Assembly: GCF_009914755.1 (NCBI RefSeq)
Contig: NC_060927.1
Direction: 5' to 3' (one strand)
Source: the human T2T-CHM13v2.0 reference genome, Homo sapiens
Length of the DNA stretch: 64,000 nucleotides
Below the pieces are notes generated by a model. It worked only from the letters and a program-made list of their open reading frames with translations. It was not told the DNA's origin and made no database searches. The translations under genes were made by a program, and so were the position numbers. Positions 63,593 to 64,000 of the stretch are shown here, piece after piece; the first letter of the stretch is position 1; each line of letters opens with the position of its first letter.

Positions 63593-64000
63593 TGAGGACT
63601 AAGCTCTGATTTTTTAAATCTTGCCCAAATTCCTCCTATCTAAGGGGTCTGGGGAGTCATGCCCTACAAACCACAAATTCTCATCAGATGGGTTTTATTT
63701 AATCCTATATATTATGACTTACTTTCCAGTATGACTCTGGCATAACATTATGTGATAAAGAAGAAAATCAAAATATTTTACCCCAAAACATGTTTCTTTG
63801 CCATATCTTGAAATGGCCCTGTAAGGCCGTCCTTTGTGGGGGGAAATGTGCATCTGTAAAGAATCTCTCTTAACGTAGCTAGATCTTTTTATTCCAAGCC
63901 CTCCCAATCCTGAGGAGATTAACTGAGAGTCTAGCATCTTTTAAAAGTCTGAATAGGAACATTTGTCATCTGTTCTAAGGGCAGCCACTATGAGACTGAG
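63593..64000 (+). mobile_element. MER4E-type LTR (ERV1), running off the window end
   Basis: tgaggactaagctctgatttt...tcttgcccaaattcct...aaggggtctggggagtcatgccctacaaa...ttttaccccaaaacatg. Confidence 0.88.

Noticed and set aside
50326-64000. Endogenous retroviral coding regions (gag/pol/env) near the LTRs
   Set aside because: MER11 and MER41A are TSD-bounded solo LTRs and no internal proviral sequence is visible; what follows MER4E lies outside the window.

Overview
Primate (most likely human or another catarrhine) non-coding genomic DNA, either intergenic or inside a large intron. I can support no protein-coding exon, RNA gene, CRISPR array or CpG island, and every supplied ORF looks spurious (Alu-, LTR-, L1- or low-complexity-derived). 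Much of the window is interspersed repeat. There are about 14 Alu elements or monomers (J and S types, all in the first 42 kb, no AluY recognised), many MIR, L2 and old L1 fragments, and about 18 solo LTRs or LTR pieces (MLT1, MST, THE1, MER11, MER41A, MER4E, MER74-like). DNA-transposon MITEs include MER30, MER33, MER58A, MER5A and a piggyBac MER75A. Several insertions are nested and keep readable target-site duplications (TSDs). The repeat-free islands carry clustered transcription-factor motifs: HNF1/TCF/FOXA/GATA/TEAD at ~58.7 kb, an exact PBX-MEIS/PREP decamer at ~52.25 kb, PBX-HOX/MEIS at ~36.5-37.8 kb, and CDX/posterior-HOX sites at ~30.4, 48.6 and 62.5 kb. This suggests, by inference only, a developmental enhancer landscape. 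I found no evidence for a novel protein-based system. Repeat family calls come from remembered consensus sequences, not a database search, and boundaries of old repeats are approximate.
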